A DNA stretch of 64,000 bases from Phoronis australis (taxonomy: Eukaryota > Animalia > Phoronida). Positions within the stretch are counted from its first letter, which is position 1; every line of letters starts with the position of its first letter. Below the pieces are notes generated by a model. The model did no database searches. It saw only the letters and a list, made by a program, of their open reading frames with translations, and was not told the DNA's origin. The translations under genes and the position numbers were made by a program. The stretch is taken from positions 345,696 through 409,695 of the forward strand of contig NMRA01000034.1 in NCBI GenBank assembly GCA_002633005.1, given 5' to 3'. Below, in pieces: positions 25,601 through 39,300 of this stretch.

Positions 25601-28600
25601 TGGCTACGTCGCGTAGAAGAGCCTTCTTTCCTGACACGGAGACGCCAAGAGACCTCGCCACGGTAGTGACTGAACTGGCCGGAAAACCCCGGCAGACGAC
25701 CTCCACAGAAAAACTCCAGCCTCTCCAGCCGTTAACGTGACAGTCATTCCTCAGGTCTGCATACTTCAAGTTCTTCCGCTCGTGTGCCTTTTCTACCCTA
25801 CTCTCCCACAGGACGACCTGGTGGGAACCAGGTCAGGGCGGTGGGTCGTCTGGACAATGTGCTGTGAGAAGAATGACTGGTGAGCGGTAAGATATGCCCA
25901 CACTCTCCAGTCGTTGGCTGTGTGCAGGATGCCTTTCTGCTCTGGTGTCTTCCTTTTACTCGCCTCATCACTACTTCTTACGAAACTGATGAATTCGATC
26001 CGGTGGCTTCTCGGCTTCAGTTTGCTCTTGATCTCGTCAACCAACACGCTTGCAAAAAATTTCAGTACCTAGTTGTGTCGGTAGGTGTACTTTCCTGATG
26101 ATAATAACGCGCTGCAAGATGATACATGTAGGATGTGCTCTAAAGTACATGTGCGTCCACACTGACTACAGCTCGGGTTGACAGCAAGGCCCCAAGTAGC
26201 AAGGTTGCTGGGAGTAGGCAGAACATCATAAACAGATCTGATGAGGAATTTGGCTTTCAGAGGAGACAACTTGAACAAATCAGCCCACTTGACTTCCCTT
26301 TGTAAGACATTGTCCCACTTTGTCCACACCCCCTGCTGGCCCATCTGGACTGCTCGGGCGTACCTTTCTTCGTTCTCTGGCGATCTAACCTCTCTGGTTA
26401 CTCTGTCTCTGCCCGGGTCTTTAGATCTTTCCTTTGCTGGCTTCCCGATCTTGTAGCCCAGCCCTTGCCTACCCTGGCAAGCTGATCGTACTAACTGCCT
26501 GTGCCTCAGCCGACTCTCTGCTTCGATGATTGGTGAGGTGGTGGACCACTGCCTCCCAATGCGTGACTGGATACAGCATCCCCTGATGGCATGGTCAGAT
26601 GTATTCAGCAGAGTGATGGTGGCTCGGACTTTGTATTCTTCTACCACAGACGAGACTGGTAGGACAAGTTTTGACGATTTGCAGTATAGTCCGGCGTTGC
26701 CGAATGACGCAGGTAGTCCAATCCACCTTCAAATGAACCGGGTTGCTGTCCTTTCCATTTCTTCTGCCGAGGATGACGTGACGTCGTAGACAAGCAAAGG
26801 CCACATGAGCTTCGGGGGCAAGATGAACTGAGAGCACCAGAGCTTGAGCCATCTTTGTCGATCTTCTCAAGCCATAGCTTGAGCTGAGCTTCCACGTCTT
26901 TAACTCTGGACGTGTCTCGTAGGTTGCTGTCATAGTACTTGCCGAGGCACTTGACTAGCTGTTCATTGATTATTGGAATTCTGAAACCTGCTATCCAAAA
27001 CGCCTGTCTCTTGATGATGAATGATCTGGACTTCTCTGCCTTGAATGACATACGTGCCCATTTAGTGAGCTCTTCAAGGCGACGAAGAATTGTCCTGGCT
27101 TCCACCGGTGACTCTGTCACTATCGTAATGTCATCGACAAAAGCTCTGCAAGATGGCTGTCTGACTTCATCTAGCTTCGGACCTCGCCGCTCAGACTGGG
27201 CTCTCTTCAACAAGACGTTCATTGTCAAAATAAAAAGGATGACTTAAACTGTGCAGTCCGTCATAAGTCCTTTCTCTAGGTGTTGCCATTCGGTAATGAA
27301 GTTGCCGACCGTGAAACGCATCACGTAGGAGCTGTAGTAAGACTTCACTATACTCTTGACTTTCTCGGGAATGCGGTAGATATCGATGGCACGATAAACC
27401 AACACATGTTGTACAGAACCATATGCATTTGCCAAGGCGATCCACACCATAGTCAGGTTTTTCTTGGCCTTCTTTGCTCGTTGAATGAGTTCACTAATCA
27501 TGGAATTATGTTCCAGGTATCCAGAAAAGCCTGGCACCCCTCCTTTCTGTGATGACGTGTTGATGAACTTATTCTTGATCATGAAGACAGTCATTCTGCA
27601 GTATATAATGGCTAAGTAGATCTTTCCCTCTTCGCTGAGCAGTGAAATGGGTCGAAAATGCCCAATATGCTTCGAGTTTTCTTCTTTCGGGGCGTAGACT
27701 CCCTCAGCTCGTCCCCACTGGGCTGGAACAAGGCCTTTCTTCCAGAGAATCTTTAAAAGCATCCAGAGCTTTTCGCGCAACTTGGGACTCATCTTATAGA
27801 CCTTGTAGGAAATTCTGGTCGGACCAGGGGCTGACCCCGATCGGACTTTCTTGACAGTGAAGTCAACTTACGACTTCTTAATGTCCCCAAGATCGAAATC
27901 TACATCTGGCAAATCTTCATTCTCTATACCTGGAAAGTCGCCAAGGGGAGTATCTTTCAACTCATCACTGTGGACTTTGGCGAGATACTCCTCCAAGTCT
28001 CTCTGGGTGCAGGTAAGTGTTCCGCCTTTGCTCTTGCCTAGAAGCTTACTGATAATGGTTCCTAGTGAATATGTCCCTCTCCTTAGCCCATTTCTATCTA
28101 TTTTGAGCTTTTCGTTCAGCTTTGCGGAGAGACAAAAATCGCGTGCAGGCCTCGGATGTCAGGTGAGTAATTCCTGCCTTTTCGTGCTCAACTGCCCCCT
28201 TCCACATGCGACGGAGTTCTCTAGGCTCCCTACGGATAGTTGCTATTTCCCGTTGCCGTCTGTTTGGCCTCGTGGGCTGGATGACTCCTTTCTTTTCTCT
28301 ACTGTTCCAAAGCTGTCCACACTAACTTGGTAAACAATTCTTGTCATAGCCTCAATCTTAGTATCTACTGGACCACGAAGAGTGACACGTAAGATGCTGG
28401 CCAGGTCATCGTTTAAGGCTGACCATGCCTGGAAATTAGCCACATGTCAATATTCTACTTTGACATGACATATTTTAATCCCTCCAAGTGTACTCCATCA
28501 CACGTGGATACTTTTAACGCCAAACATCATGCAACTTGAAATTCGAATTTAAAAAAATTGATGTTCTATGTTACCGGACTTTTCCTGGAATACACCAGTC

Positions 28601-29630
28601 TTCCTTTCTTGTCTAAGTCTGCGGGAGCGCAGTTAAAATCACCAGCGCAGAGGATACTTTGATTGCTTACGAAGCTATGGACTTGAAAATTATTGAAATT
28701 TAGAAATTCGAATTGTTTCCTGGTTTCATTTGGAAATTACAGACTGAGTAAAATGAAATCTTGTTCTGCAATTTTGCATTTGAGAACATTGTTTCTACCC
28801 TAGGTGTCATTCTGGACTAAAGAAGACTAAAAATCGAGATGTCGATAAATTAAAATGGCAATGCCTTTGCTATGGTTAGTGCCGTGACTCTAAAATACCG
28901 GACCATCCCACTCACATTCCCATTTACCGACGGAGTCAGGAACGCTCTATGTTTCTTGTAAATGAAATATATCATAACTCTGTTGTTGCAACCATTTAAA
29001 GAGTTGAGCTCGCTTAATTTCTGAATTAATGCCTCGGAAATTTATAGAAACGCACTTAATGTTAAACATTTGGGATTTTTCTAGGGATTGGAGGCATCCC
29101 TTAACTACGGTTACGCTTAAAAAGATTGACATAAGAAGCTTAGATGTAGATTTAAGATTTAAACGTCTGTACACACAGAAAGGCACACAAAAGGCAAAGG
29201 GGGACGGAAAGATAAGGAAGAAAAACGTGATCGTACTCGCAAGGCAATGACACCGGCTAACACTTTGTCTGCACCGATATCTGGTAAATTTAACGATGAT
29301 TGATCTAGGGTTGGATTGATTTGCAGTGTTACTGGAACTTCTTAGTCTTCTTGTGGACGTATCTAGGGATAATTTTCCTACTCGTTGAGCACGGTCTATC
29401 TTGTCTAGATCGACAGACAGGTTAAGATTTTCTTCAAAGAAATTTTAACAATACGGTCGCAGTCCTCGCTTGGCTGTTCACCAATGCCGTGGATCCTAGT
29501 AGAGTTACGTCTAGAGTATTGTTCATAGATATTCAATTTATTCTTCAACTCTTGATTTTCCTGTCTTATTGTTTGAAAATCATTCTTCAACTTTCTCAGT
29601 TTTTCATCGACAGTATTACGGATATACAAT
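22631..29630 (-). mobile_element. Decayed near-full-length L1/Tx1-clade LINE (ORF1 + APE-RT), interrupted by a HERO-type element
   Basis: ORF1 has a coiled coil plus EQYSRRNSTRIHGI (29405-29629). APE motifs are SINFRGIN..LQET (about 28950-29060) and SDH..RGPGHWKFN (25223-25400). RT motifs are NCDYKLITK, LDFKKAYDTV, GLRQGDPLS and QYADD (24203-24847). Confidence 0.9.
25405..28427 (-). mobile_element. 5'-truncated HERO-like non-LTR retrotransposon (RT + CCHC + restriction-like endonuclease)
   Basis: Motifs W.RAEGVYAPKEENS..HFRPISLL, LANAYGSV, AFVDDITI, KFLIRSVYDVLPTPSNL..WG..CSQCG..TLEHIL..C..YTYRHN, RPDLV, KYADL and VEVVCRGF. It is flanked by the direct repeat cctggaa(c/a)tta at 25394-25404 and 28428-28438. 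Confidence 0.88.
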
Positions 29631-29829
29631 AATTCACTATGAACTGCAAACGAAGCAAGTGATCACAACACCTTCTATTTCGAAATTCTGGACGCTACGA
29701 AACTCTACCAAGATTCAAGCTGGATCTGCGTTATTTAATATATCACACAGTTTCAACAGATCAGTGTGTCAGCAAAGTCTAAGTAATCCAAAATAGAGCC
29801 GCCAGGGCTATCCTGTGTACTAAAATTAG

Positions 29830-30452
29830 GGACACTAGGGTTGACGACTTGTATTCCAAGCTGGGATTTATGAAAGTAAGACAAAGAAATAAATATCTCT
29901 CTGCCTGTTGTATGTACAGATGTATCAATGGTTTGGCTCCAGCAGTAAACTCAACAGCAGTCAGGCTGTATATTCTACACGTTCTTCTGTTGCTGGCAAT
30001 GTTTCTTCTAAAAAAATTAAAACCGAGACGGGCAAGAGATCTTTTATATATGCAGCTGCTATAATATGGAATTAAACGGTCAAATTCAATTACTACCTTT
30101 AAAGTAAATATTAAAAAGTGGCTGTAATTTACTTAAGCTTTTATACCCTGCCTGTCTTAATCATGTTATTTTTTCATTGTCGTAAATACTCTCACTGTCT
30201 AGATGCATCTCTTAATTTATTTCTTCTGTCTTAGTTAAATTTTTACCATTATTTGTCATTTAGTTATTGTCTTAATTCTCAACCTGTTTTAATTGTATCT
30301 TTGTTACGTATATTTCATTGTTGTTTTATTACTTCCTTGTATTATATTACTGTTTTTATTGTTGAGGGCCCTCTTGGAAAGCAGTGCTATCACTGAAGAG
30401 GCCACCCTCATTTTAAATATTACAATAATAAATAAATAAATAAATAAATAAA
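29830..30452 (+). mobile_element. 3' end of a CR1/L2-group LINE
   Basis: LYSKLGFMKVRQR..MYRCINGLAP is an ORF2 C-terminus. A GC stem-loop lies at about 30364-30409 and an (AATA)n tail at 30425-30452. Confidence 0.75.
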
Positions 30453-32969
30453 ACAGGAGTTCAACAAACCACGAGCAATTGCTCTTTCTTTCGACCGCAT
30501 TTATAGTGTCCTGATTCAGCGAGAGAAAATCACTGTTCCTACACAAAGCCCTTACATTGTTACTGTTACTGAGTCAACTTTTGACAAATCGAGCGTGAAC
30601 TTTATCTTGAATTGTCAATATTATCGAAAATAATTAGGGATCTTTTCATGCAACACCCTCAATTTAAGGACTGAGTCCTTATTTATTTTCAATGAACTCT
30701 GGGTCCAGTTTTTTTCATGTTATTAGAAAATGATGAGCTCATAATAAAGATGAAATAATAGGAAAATATTGCAGCATATGTGAATCCATTAAGACACAAA
30801 TACGCAAAAAGACTTAGGGAACTTAGTTGAGTCCCTATTTGCGACTGTTTCATTCAACCGGCCACTGAACTCATAATTTAAAGAAATCTTTTTAGACTGA
30901 TATTCATTAGATCACGTGATGTGGCAATAGGTGGCGTGCTGACCAGACTTGTATAATAATAATTTAAACGGGTTATAAAGCCGTGTTCTGCCCAAGGAAC
31001 GTAATTTTGATTTAGAACCGACTTGCCGTCAATTTGGTTTTAACTTGTTGCGTACTCAGGTGAGAAGTGACTTCTGTTACTGCAAAAATACAATTCACGG
31101 GGCATGATGACGCGCTGTGACAAGCCAATGCGCAAAGCAATCACGAACTGTTAGTTTTTTCGAAGCTCTCCAATTTCAATTGCCTATAGAACAATCTGAG
31201 ACCATTTTCATAACAGTCCCTGGTCTAAATCAAAAGTCCTCATGTTCCTTTCCCATAGCAGAAGTGATTTGTGGGCTTAGAAAAAACTGATAGTTCGTTA
31301 GTGCTTCGGATCCAAGCTAAGAGCAACTTATCGCAGCGGGTTACGTTTCAGCTGCCGACACAACGTGCTCATCACAGGACATCTTGCAGGTCAAACCGAT
31401 TTCAGTTAAACGAAAAACAAGAACGAGATGACGTATTCAAACATGCTTGGCACTATAGAGCAACGTTTTGTTACCAGATGACATGGTCATTGACGGCGAG
31501 TGTAAGACAACACAGATGAGGTTGGTAAAAAAGTAAGATGCTGGCATTGTGTTTTTTGCGCTAAGATTGCAGAGCAGCATTTCCCCGGATTCCAAGCTTA
31601 AAATGGGCGGGGAGTTGAGATTAATAAACCAAATAGTACTTTCATTGTAGGCCTAACATGAGCTCTGAAAAAGTTTAGAACCAAACAATCACGTGTGTAC
31701 TTATGTTCCTACTATTTTGACAACAAAACTGTGTAAAGGATAGTACCGCTACATCTATGGTTGCTTTTCGCAAATTGTGATTTTGTATAGGCTACATCAG
31801 TGAAACAGTATTGCGGGACATCGGAATAAGTTAGAGCAAGAAAGTACTAAGAAACTCTTCACTCGTGTTCAACGAATGACGTCTGAAAGCAGCCTGTACA
31901 AATCAGTAATTACGGACCGCGCCTTACAAAACAATCATCTAATTGGTGGGCAAGAGAATTTGTTAATGCGTGAAAAGGGAAACCCGTGTCTGAACAGAGA
32001 CATGGAACACTTTCAGTTGGACACGGCATACATTCTGTGAAGTAACCAAAGTTCTAGCTCACTCGTGCGTCCAGGTACTTGACATATACCAGCTTGAAAA
32101 TGACTGTCGAAAAGGGCCTAAAGATAGCCAGTTCATTCCATTCCAACAGTCATTTTTTCAAAAAAATTTTGAAGTTGGACATGTTAGATATATATATAAC
32201 CTACAGATATATACCTTTATTTTAAAACAAGTAAATACACACATACAAAGACTGCTCAAGTTGAATACATTTTGTACATAATTTATAAGGATGCACTCAC
32301 AGGTATTTTAACATACCCATTCAAACCCAAAAGGCATACGGTCACGAAATATGTCATTACAAAACCAACGACAACTCGAGCTGCTCGCTTCAATAGAATT
32401 TCTATTAGTTGGTTTTGAAATCATTATTTTATTCATAAATGCAAATACGTTGCTCCCCCCGCGGTGGAAGAGTCCAATATAGGCCTATCACTTTTAAGCA
32501 TCGACCGCACTTGAGCACCAACATAATGATATCGAAACACTTGAAATTTCTGCAGTGAAACCACGAGAGGTAAGTTGTGTGAAAAATACAGGAATTTAAA
32601 AACGTGCTTTCGACCCATTGTCTTTTTAAAACTTAAGTTACTATTTAGAACCAACTGTGTTGCTTTTGTTGTAGTCAAGTTGTTTAAGAAAATAGCCGTT
32701 GTCTAACGTTTTTCCGTTGGTGCGTTGAATTGCTGTCGTAGGTAATGTCTCGGATATCGGCAAATATTAGCAATAATAAAGGTGAACCATGACTTCCGGG
32801 TCAACATTCCAGTCATCTCACGCATAATATTTTAAAAATGTTAAATTGATATAGGAACAATGGAAACGTTGACTGGCGTCAATTATGAAACAAAATACAA
32901 GGGTAATCAAATTAAAAAATGAGTAACCAACTGAAAATATTACCGTAGCTTTGATTTTGTTAGTTATGT

Positions 32970-33021
32970 CATGTGCTGCGCAGCCCCCTCCCCCCCAGCC
33001 CCCTATGGTGCGCCGCCCATG
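32970..33021. mobile_element. Tiny CATG-terminal MITE (deleted copy)
   Basis: catgtgctgcgc...cccagcccccctatggtgcgccgcccatg-type ends, with flanks tatgt/tacgt (5 bp, 1 mismatch). Confidence 0.6.
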
Positions 33022-34173
33022 TACGTGTCTTGTACCGCCGCGTTTCAACGTCAGTTTGTCGTATTTTCAGTTCCATTCGCTGTCAGTTCGAGTACGCCTA
33101 CACGTTATTTTCTCCTATGGTTATTCATAAGGCATTTCGAAGAGTTTTAACTAAAAGACCTTTGAACGCCTCTTTAGACCATTCTTTTGAACGTCATTAA
33201 GCAAAAGTTGTTCTAAGACCCGACGCTGGTATATTGACAGGCTTGCAGTTATTACCTCAGAGTTCAAGAACAGCGATACGGGTTCTAGACATTTCTTCTC
33301 AGATGCATGACAAGTATAATACTTTGCGTTCGATTGATTTGAAATTGGCACACATGAGATGTGACATCTCATTATCCCGAGAATAATTGCAATTTATTCA
33401 AATAAGACGTGTGACAACCATTCGTTGTTTATCCAATTTCTAACTGTTTCACCACCATAGCATTGTTTTGCTTGACAAGAAATTGGTGGCACGTTCTTTT
33501 ACTTTAAAAATACCGGTTCGCTCCTTTTACCAGAAATCTACGTCCACGTGATATCAAACCGACCTCTTCTCTGGCTGACACCTGTCGTCAGTGAAGCTGT
33601 ACTATCTCAAAACTGTCAAGAAGAGCCGATCCTGATTGCAAGTGCGAAGCACGATTCCCGTTTTAGGTCTTTGGGCTTGTTCACGTATATTCAATGTAAA
33701 ATCCCTTTATGCGAAATCTTTTGCTGTGGTTTATTATACAAACCTAACTGAATTTTAAGAGTAGACAGAGAGATGACGTGCTGGCAAAATGAGAACAGCC
33801 TTTGATACAAAACTGTTCAAACGATGCCGTAGAGTTGTGTTCGTGGTAGGGAAAATGACCTCGAACTACCTAAGTGAATTCTCATCAAAGGAAATTGTCA
33901 AAAAGGCCCCCTTCGTCGGAAATCTGGTTGTGAAAAGATTTCGGAACCTTCTCATTGGCAATTCCCGTGTACTTCTTTTATGGAAGTAGCCCAGGGTGCT
34001 ATACTAACTCTCTCAGAACAAGACAATTTTCTTTGAATGTACTAAAGCCTTGCTTGTCTTTCGGTTACGTGTTGGTCATTGTTGCATATAAATTCCATGA
34101 TTAATCCAAAATGAGTGGTCATGATTTCATTACCGCTATAGGATTGTGGAATTGCTTACTTCGGACTACACTG

Positions 34174-34292
34174 CATGGGCGGAACAGCCCCCCCCAAGCC
34201 TCCAGTGGTGCACCGCCCATAGACTGTGGGCGGCGCAGCACTGAAAAAATGTTGACTATAGCCCCCCAGCCCCCTATGGTGCGGTGCCCATG
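34174..34292. mobile_element. CATGG-terminal MITE with 5-bp TSD
   Basis: catgggcggaac...ggtgcccatg, with CACTG at 34169-34173 and 34293-34297. Confidence 0.8.
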
Positions 34293-35530
34293 CACTGGCA
34301 AGTTTAAGAGCGGAAGTAGAGCGATGGAAACGGGAATAAAATTCAGCAACTGAAGTACCTTTTGATAACTCTCACTAATATTTAGAGATACCCTACTTTT
34401 GGAGAAAAAATCTGATGAATTGGAAAGAAATGACACGTTTTGAAGAATGGGGACCAGCAATTTGCAACCTGGGCTGTATACATGTACCATTCCCAACTGC
34501 GTCTGATCAATCCATATATATGTACATGTAAGAAGATCGTGTGCGGCAATGAATAAAGTGGCTTTTTAAAGTGGGACGAGTAAGCAAACGTTTACCCTAC
34601 GTGTGCAATTTGGTTAAAGCAGGGCCCATGACCACCAAAGTACCTGTGACTTGGTTCTCAAATTGACCGATGAAATTACGTGAAATAAGCCTTCAATGTG
34701 ATTTGTTAAAAATGGTTAGAAATAGAGGGGAAACCACATTTGTCGAAATGTAGCCAAAGTGAGAAGAGGAAAATCTTTATGGACGCACGAGAAATTGCCA
34801 TATTTATCAAATTTTTATTTCCTCCACTGCACGTACACCACTGTCCAAAATGAATACAGCATCAGTGCCACAAAACCCGTGAATAAAGTTTCGTTTAAAA
34901 AGACACGGTCTTCTCTAGGGGAAAAAGAAAACAAACCTCGACACACTTGTACGCTCGATCCTTTTTATATTCATCTACCGGTCAGTTCAGGAATTGACTT
35001 TGTGTCACCAAAGCACTGGATTTACAACTTCTAAGCCATGTTGAAGTACTCACACCGGCTTAAACAATCCCCATATGAAATCATTCTTAAGCAGTCGATA
35101 ATTACCGGCTTTGAGGAAACCATGTTCGCGATAAATCAAAGTGTTATTGGAAAGTGTAAGGAGTACCGAGATCAAAGATAAGTTCCAAGAGCGAGAGAAG
35201 ATCTCTGCTTCTACTGCGCTTGAATGGTTTTAATTTACTTCGAATTGCATTGAGCTTTGAATATGCAACGGAGACAACTGAATTTCAAAAAATAATGTAT
35301 GAAAACCACAATACAACCCTTCTATCATTGTTTTGGCGCAGTGTAAGGTTACATTTGCCGAGCTTATGTCAACCACAGGGTGAAAGCAAATTTAACCTTT
35401 CGAAATGTCATTTATAGTTAATTACACTTCTGGTGTTAAAACATCTCTCACGCCGAGGAATTATTTCCAAGCTGAGCAAGTTAATGCCGATTTTATAACA
35501 CTAATGGCCCTAGGTGAAAATCTTGCTTGT

Positions 35531-35672
35531 GTTCAGTAACGTTAGGACCTACGCTACGACTTGGCTAAAATCTAGTCAAAGTCACATGCTCTCATTTAAA
35601 AAGTACACGGCAATGTCTCACTTAATTTTGCGCGAAGTCTGGCTTTTTAGCGAGGTCCTAGCGTTACTGAAC
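35531..35672. mobile_element. MITE family copy (TIR gttcagtaacgctaggacct); partial copy at about 35805-35918, another at 45448-45586
   Basis: Inverted termini gttcagtaacgttaggacct / aggtcctagcgttactgaac and a shared core tagtcaaagtcacrtgctctcat. Confidence 0.8.
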
Positions 35673-36340
35673 GGGAGGCTGGTTTCACCTGACAGAAGAT
35701 GGTGGGTCAATTGTTTCCTTATATTTCATTTGCTGAACGTGATCAGCTTTGCATGTAGTGCGACCTGAGGCTGGGTAGAATTCAGTTGTGGTGTCTCGCT
35801 TCGAGAAAACCTAACCAAAATCACGTGCTCTCATTTAAAATATGTGACAATATCTCGCGTAATCTCGCGAAGTCTTGCTTTCTAGCGAGGTGCTAACGAG
35901 GTCCTAGCGTTATTGAACTCCACCCTGGTTTGCAGTCATAAAGAATAGGATGGATATATATAATTGAAAATGTCACGACCAGACCAGAGATGAGATGTGA
36001 ACAGACGAGACTGGTGCGATGCAATGGTTCACGATAACTCCTCGCAAAGCGGCATTAAAGCTGCCTTCCAAGAGAAAAACAACTTCTAATTTTGGCCCCT
36101 TATAGTTACCAAAGTAGTCTCTAATTTTTCCTTGGAAAAACTGAAAATGATATCGGGCCTCTAAAGAACTCATAGCACGTTATCGTTTGAGACCATACTA
36201 GGCGCCTAAAAAGTAAACGCCGTGAAAAGCCAACATTTAAAATGTTTGTAATAGCATATCTACATGTAAATATTTGAGTAATAGGTCTATGTATACAACG
36301 TTTGTCTATGTACTGTCTACAACTCAGGTATAATGGCTCG

Positions 36341-36398
36341 CGATTTCTGGGTTTGTCATTATATTTCTTCGATTTCTGGGTTTGTCATTATATTTCTT
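36341..36398. repeat. Perfect 29-bp tandem duplication
   Basis: cgatttctgggtttgtcattatatttctt occurs twice in tandem. Confidence 0.9.
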
Positions 36399-39300
36399 GT
36401 ACGTTCAGTGTATTCTTGATTAAATAGATATCACCTTAAAAGGCCAACTTGTGAAGCCTGGTCTCAAGCGACAATAAAACTGTAATAAGTCCTTTGCAAA
36501 CTCAGAAAGCATGCCCCATCTCACTAAAGAACAGGTTGAGACCGGCTTTATAGTGGCAAATGGTCTAAATCATAAGTTCGCTTTTTGGACTGAACGCGAA
36601 CGTTTATAGCCGTTTTAATTGAGCATTTTTAATAACATTTGTCCTTACAGCGTCTCCACTGTACGATTGGTACACGTATACGTGTTTCCTGTCATTTAAC
36701 AGATTGAAACTGAAATAAAGGCAATTGAAAGGAAGTCTGGAAGCCGATCTTCAAAATATCAATGGCTGTAGCAATTTTGATTTCCCATACAGTCGTGTGA
36801 TTGGAAATGCCAACCGATGCTTTAAATGCATAACTGCAGATGTAGAGCATGCGTTAGCGGCCTTGAGTTGAAAAACTACTTCTTATAATAACAACTCGCT
36901 ATTACCTTAATGAGTTAGTTTATTATTGATGTGATATACTTCTGTTTAATTCATTACGAGACTTGTAATAGTAACAGAGCTTTCAAATAATTCATGATGG
37001 TACTCTGTCTGTCTCTCTTGATATTTCATTAGTTCGGCAAACATGTTTGAAATCAGCGCAGTCCGCCAGCACGCGTCATATGTAGGTTACAACTTTTTTA
37101 AGTTAAGGTCATTTTGTTCCATATTCTGTTGAAAATTTCACGTTTTCTTTGTTTAATGGGTCCTAAGTTATCGCAGCATTTAAAGTAAGGCTTTCATTAT
37201 TGTTATTTCGTTGAAATTTTCGCGTTTTTGTTGTTTCATCCCTACACATTTTTCTGTGTTCTTTCCAACCTAATGGACGTTTTTGTTGCATCATATTCTC
37301 AGCAACAGCAACACACAGAAATTCTGCGAATTCAGTTTCGTGAAATCCAACATTACCACAGTTATTTTGACTTAAATGATTCAACAAAAGTATTGCAATA
37401 AACATTCTGTAGTTATCCGCGCAGTTTCTGCAGATTTGCATTAAACAGAACGCATAAAGATCAGATAACACTTGAAAGAAATACACGAAAGATGGGCATC
37501 GGCATGGCATACAGGGCTCTGTAATGTAATGTAAATAACGAAATTCGTTAAACCCTAACTGCGAGCAATTATCTCGACGGATGCCTCTCCTGCTATCACT
37601 CAAGTTACACTATTGTTAATTGATTTGCCATACATCACCCCACATCAGCATTTTATCCGAATAATTCAAGACGTTGGAACACTTCCAGATGTCTGTTCTA
37701 ATGACCTGTATTGATCGCCGATAAGGCGATTGCTTCTCTTGAAATATTTATGTTCAGGAAATATGATTACTTTAATCCATAATGCCGTGGTTAAGACGAA
37801 GCCGTGAACTAACCTAGGATTACCATTTCTTCATATGCGTGATTACCCAAACACAGAGCACATGTTGATGCCTGTTGTGGTTTGGGGCAGTTAAAGGCGG
37901 CCAATGACAGTGCTCATATATTTTTCCGTTGCTCATTATACAAGACACGGAACGTTAGTGCCCATGAGTAAACTAACAAAATGGAAACCAAAACTTCAAG
38001 TGCCGGCAAGATCTATTTTGAAAACATGAATTGAATATGTAGGAAGAAATTAAATGAAACTAGGAGTTATGATCATTATTTTTATGTTTTTAATTTAATA
38101 GCTGAAGTAAGTGTGCTTCAAACAAAACTAGACCGTTTTTTCAATAAACAGCGAAGACTACGGTATGAGCTTGCAAATTTCCAGATATTTGAGCTTCGTT
38201 TTCCACAAAAATATTATCAGAATATAACATTGGTCATCAGTATTCACCCTTTTCGAGCGGTATAAATGCACCACTGAAACTTCAGGAGATTTTAAAAATT
38301 AAAACTCACGGCGTATTTTAAGGAATTGTGTGTTCATTTATTTGGAAATGAGGGAGTTGAAACGCGGCACAACGTGTCGCTGTTAAACTGATACGAAAGC
38401 AGTCACCAGGCGGCGAGTACCGCGCTCAAAAATAGTTACGAGACAATTTACGAGAAATGGCAGCAGAAGTTATCAACAGCAGAAATGGTCTCTTGGCATT
38501 GCCTTTCAAGCCCGGCGTTTCAACTGAAGATAATGTCGTGCTTTTTTGATTTGGAATACCGCATCTGGATAGACCTACATGTACATGCGGAAATAATCTG
38601 ACCAGATATGAGCAATCTAATGTTCTAGTGTAGGTATATCATGGACACGAAAGCAAATGTATATCCGTATTTTGTAACCAGTTTTATCCATGCTCACAAA
38701 ACTGAAGTGGAGGTGCCGTGAAATACTGGGACTGACCTAAATTGCGTTCCGTAAAGCAAGTTTAATGCCAGAATAGCGATGTCACACAAGTCCTTATCAT
38801 TATAAAATTGGTTTCGATTCGTTCTTTATTCAAATGAAGAATGATTTCAAGGTTTGCTAAGAAGCTGACAGTTTCTTGATGATTGGAAAAACCTCGAGAA
38901 ATCAACTTGTAGAGCTTACTGTCAAGCACCAACGAACAGTCAGCTCTTTTGAAGCTCTGAAATTCACCCAATTTGACCCAGGAACAATTGAGACCAATTT
39001 TATGTCGTTAAGTAATCTAAATCAGACGGGACATGGGTTTAGTAGCCAAATACAGACCGTCTCTCGGCGATTTTCTGAAATCATGCAATAAGATCATCGT
39101 GAGCATTCTTTCATTATGAGATTTTTTAGAAATTCTTGACAGTTAACAGTGGAAGCAGAAGAGGGGGAGACACCATAGCGCTCGGTGTCCTGCCTGTCAA
39201 CGCCAAACAACTGGTCCGTCACCTAATGCTATGCCCTGACGTACTGTACGGATCAGAGCTCATGAAGTACAACGCAGATGTATTTGAGTTTCCAGGCATT

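Noticed and set aside
37163-37603. 146-aa Cys-rich ORF
   Set aside because: No recognisable domain or consistent exon chain.
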